Assembly (NCBI RefSeq): GCF_018977255.1
Contig: NW_024704769.1
Coordinates: 4,340,001-4,404,000 of the forward strand
Source of the DNA: Callorhinchus milii
Lineage: Eukaryota
Length of the DNA: 64,000 nucleotides
Direction of reading: 5' to 3'
In this document: positions 61,201 through 64,000 of the stretch, one piece after another
How positions within the stretch are numbered: the stretch's first letter is position 1
How the letters are laid out: each line of letters begins with the position of its first letter
Program-made: the position numbers and the translations under genes
The notes under the pieces: model-generated
What the model was told of the DNA's origin: nothing
Databases searched by the model: none
The model's input: only the letters and a program-made list of their open reading frames with translations

Positions 61201-62535
61201 AGAAAGACTTTGCAATTGGAGACTTCAGTGACGCCTCCAGAACGAAGGTTTCAGATGTCATCCTGCGTAACACACACACGCACACACCTGTAGTCTGTCA
61301 AACTAGTTTGACGACAGATATGCTCACCTCACTGCCAATAACTCAACACAACTCAAAGCTCTGACATTCTACCCCCACATATCCAACCCCCATCACACAC
61401 CCCGGCACTCTGCCTCTTGTGTCAGATGTTTTTGTACTAAGCACCATCCAATCTTTGATATAGCGACATATCTTCTGTGTCAGTAAAGGGAGTTTCTCTC
61501 TCGCTCTCTCTCTCCGGTGCCGATTCCCAGCGTATCCTGTGAAGCGCTTTGAGACGTCTCGGGGACCTGACAAGGCATTGTATCAAATGCGAGGATTATT
61601 AATATGATTATTACTAATTATTATTAATGATCGTCTGTATCCCGGCAGGAGGCAGAACAGGCCAAGGTGGACCGAGTGCAAAAGTTACAGAGCGATGTGG
61701 AAGGTGTGAAGAACATCATGACGGAGAATGTCGACCGTATCCTGGCTCGCGGGGAGAAGCTGGACGATTTGATGAACAAAACAGAGGATCTTCAAGCCAG
61801 TGTGAGCCTCAGATCCGCCCCACCCCCACCCACACACCCCCAACCCACATACACACACAGCCCCAGAGAGCACTCTGTAATATCTTCACTGGGGGTGCCA
61901 GCCTGGCTCGGTGGGTAGCGCTCTCTCTCTTTCTCTCTCTGTCTCTCGCCTCGGAGCCAGAAGTTTGTGGGTTCGAGCCCCACGTCGGGGATGTTGAATC
62001 ACAGTCCAAGCTGATGCTCCAGGGCAGTGCTGGGGGCTACGCCACATTGTCAGAGACGGTGTCCTTCGGACGAGACGTTAAACTTCACTCGCTCCCCGAC
62101 TGTGCCCTGTTTAGGCGGTTGCTAAAGGTTTCCCGTGGGGCTGTGGGTAAAGAGGAGTTTCTCTCTCTCTTTCTCCCGGTGTTCCACAGTCACTAGACTT
62201 TACAGTTAATCCTGTGAAGCGCTTTGAGGCGTCCTCCTGACGTGAAAGGCACCACCTGCCTTAAAGGGGCCTCACCCTTTACCTGAGTTTTACTCACCTC
62301 CTCCATATGGCACTGGTTGGGGTAGTGACTGTGAGTACTGGCCGATAAGCCACTCACACTGACCTCTCTCTCTCTCTCTCTCCGATTGCAGTCAGAACAC
62401 TTCAAAACCACCTCACAGAAGGTGGCAAGGAAATACTGGTGGAAAAATACGAAGATGATTATCCTGATTGTGGTGATCGTGTCTGTCATCCTCATCCTCA
62501 TCATCCTCTTCGCCACCAACGTCATCAAAACCTGA
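58213..62535 (+). CDS. VAMP8: Vesicle-associated membrane protein 8 (endobrevin), 3 exons, 105 aa
   Basis: Exons 58213-58233 (MAATGTG|gtaagt), 61649-61801 and 62392-62535. R-SNARE motif [34 protein letters not shown], then [19 protein letters not shown] and a C-terminal TM helix. Confidence 0.92.
59611..59880 (+). mobile_element. tRNA-SINE, VAMP8 intron 1
   Basis: Well-preserved tRNA-like head followed by SINE body. Confidence 0.8.
61900..62185 (+). mobile_element. Deu-domain SINE, VAMP8 intron 2
   Basis: Head plus GTCCTTCGGACGAGACGTTAAAC core. Related copies at about 14500-14940(+), 19200-19420(-), 21905-22160(+), 28200-28370(-) and 60300-60610(-). Confidence 0.75.
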
Positions 62536-63757
62536 GGAGGGGGCGGGTGGGGGGGGGAGACAGCCCCCCCCACCCCCACCCTGACCCCCACCCCGCCCCT
62601 AGTCCATGCACTGTATTCATCACCTCCCCCATCTTTAATGTTCCTGTTCCAGTGAAGCTCACGTCAGTTCCTATCAGTCGGGACCAGAATATTTAATACG
62701 TAATTTAATAATAATAATAATAATACTCGCATTTGACCCGGCGCCTCATCACATCGTTGAGACGTCTCAAAGCGCTTCAGGGTATATACTGTAAAGAGTA
62801 GTGACTGTGTGTTTTGTGGGCGAAACGCGGCAGCCAATTTGTGAGCAGCGATTCCCCCACAAGCAGCCGTGGGTTGGCTATGAGGAGTTAGGAGGTGATT
62901 ATTATGACACGTGCAAATAAATCTAAGTGGGTTTGATAGGAAACTAAATGTGATTCACGGGTAAACGTGCGACTTGGGCATTTATATGATATATAAAGAT
63001 AAAGATAAGACTGATGTGAGTTTCACTGTTATTTTCATCCTTTAGCCGTACAGATAGTGTTTTGGGACATCTTTCTGACGTGAAAAGCGATCGCTGTGTA
63101 AATGTGATGTTGTTGTTGTTGTTTTCAACTCTCACCTTAAGACCTACCTCTTCGACAGTGCCTACGGTCACCTACCCCCTCCCTCCCCTCTTTCCCCCGC
63201 ACCCGCCTCGCTCCCCCTCCCTTTCCCCCCTCCCCTCTGACCCTGACCTGTGTGAACGCTGTATAAACACAAGCTGCTGCTGCTGTTGTTGTTGTCACAC
63301 TCTCTGCTTATCACTACAGCTTCCTCTGTGCTGAACATATGTCTGTGTAACAGCCACCCACACACTCCGAGTTGTACAAAATCATTCATGTGGAAGTTAG
63401 TTGCTGGACTTAAAATATAAATATATATATATATAATATAGCTCGTAACGACCAAATAATACTCCAATTAATACTCAGCCTCTCTCACTGTCTTGTCATA
63501 GGAACCTATAAACAGGAGGAGGCCATTCAGCCCATCAGACCTGTTCCACCATTCTATTAGATCAAGGCTGATCTGTACGTCAACACCATTTACCTGCCTT
63601 TGCCCCATATCCCCTGATACCCTGAGCTAACAACCCTCCCCTCCCCTCCGTCTGACGTGAAGGGCATTGCGTAAATGTTGTTGTTGTCGGTTCTCACTGT
63701 GACAGAGAGAGAGACAGAGAGACACAGACACTCAGATAGATGGATAGAGAGACACTC

Positions 63758-63790
<33 letters not shown>

Positions 63791-64000
63791 GATTTCACTG
63801 ATAGATCTCTCTAGTAGTAATTGCTGGTGACATTGGCTGCTTGTAACACACTCGCCCCGTCCTGTGTCTCTTTCTGTTTGGAGAAAGGCCGCAGTTTATG
63901 TGGTTAAAACACCCGTCTCTCACTCTGGCTCTCTCTGGCTCTCTCTCGCTCTGTTTCTCTTTCTCGCTCTCTGGTCATGTTACAGCTTCTGAGCGAAGCT

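Noticed and set aside
61802-62391. Teleost-type (AC)n/(GT)n intron-bridging repeats
   Set aside because: The 5' end is AC-rich but there is no matching long GT tract at the 3' end; other introns have GT repeats without the paired AC

Overview
Vertebrate genomic DNA, most likely from a cartilaginous fish (holocephalan/chimaera-like). That assignment is inferred only from the repeat content: a very abundant tRNA-Ala-headed SINE with an L2-type tail, Deu-domain SINEs, and CR1 and L2 remnants. Five intron-containing genes from the human 2p11.2 cluster can be rebuilt exon by exon with GT-AG boundaries and consistent phase: MAT2A (-, 9 exons, 395 aa), C2orf68/UPF0561 (-, 4 exons, 165 aa), USP39 (+, 13 exons, 500 aa), GGCX (-, 15 exons, 771 aa) and VAMP8 (+, 3 exons, 105 aa). 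The MAT2A 3'UTR carries all six UACAGARAA-type hairpins of the METTL16 SAM-sensing system. Less expected features are: a TATA-driven, spliced, signal-peptide gene or pseudogene downstream of MAT2A with three in-frame TGAs in a Cys-rich exon; a competing fold in MAT2A hairpin 1; GGCX acceptors built from tandem repeats (a branch-point minisatellite and triplicated 3' splice sites); SINE tails abutting acceptors; a 48-bp inverted repeat; CCAAT arrays; and two repeat families I could not name. Two assembly gaps lie in GGCX introns. Most ORF-track entries are spurious (repeats and low-complexity DNA).
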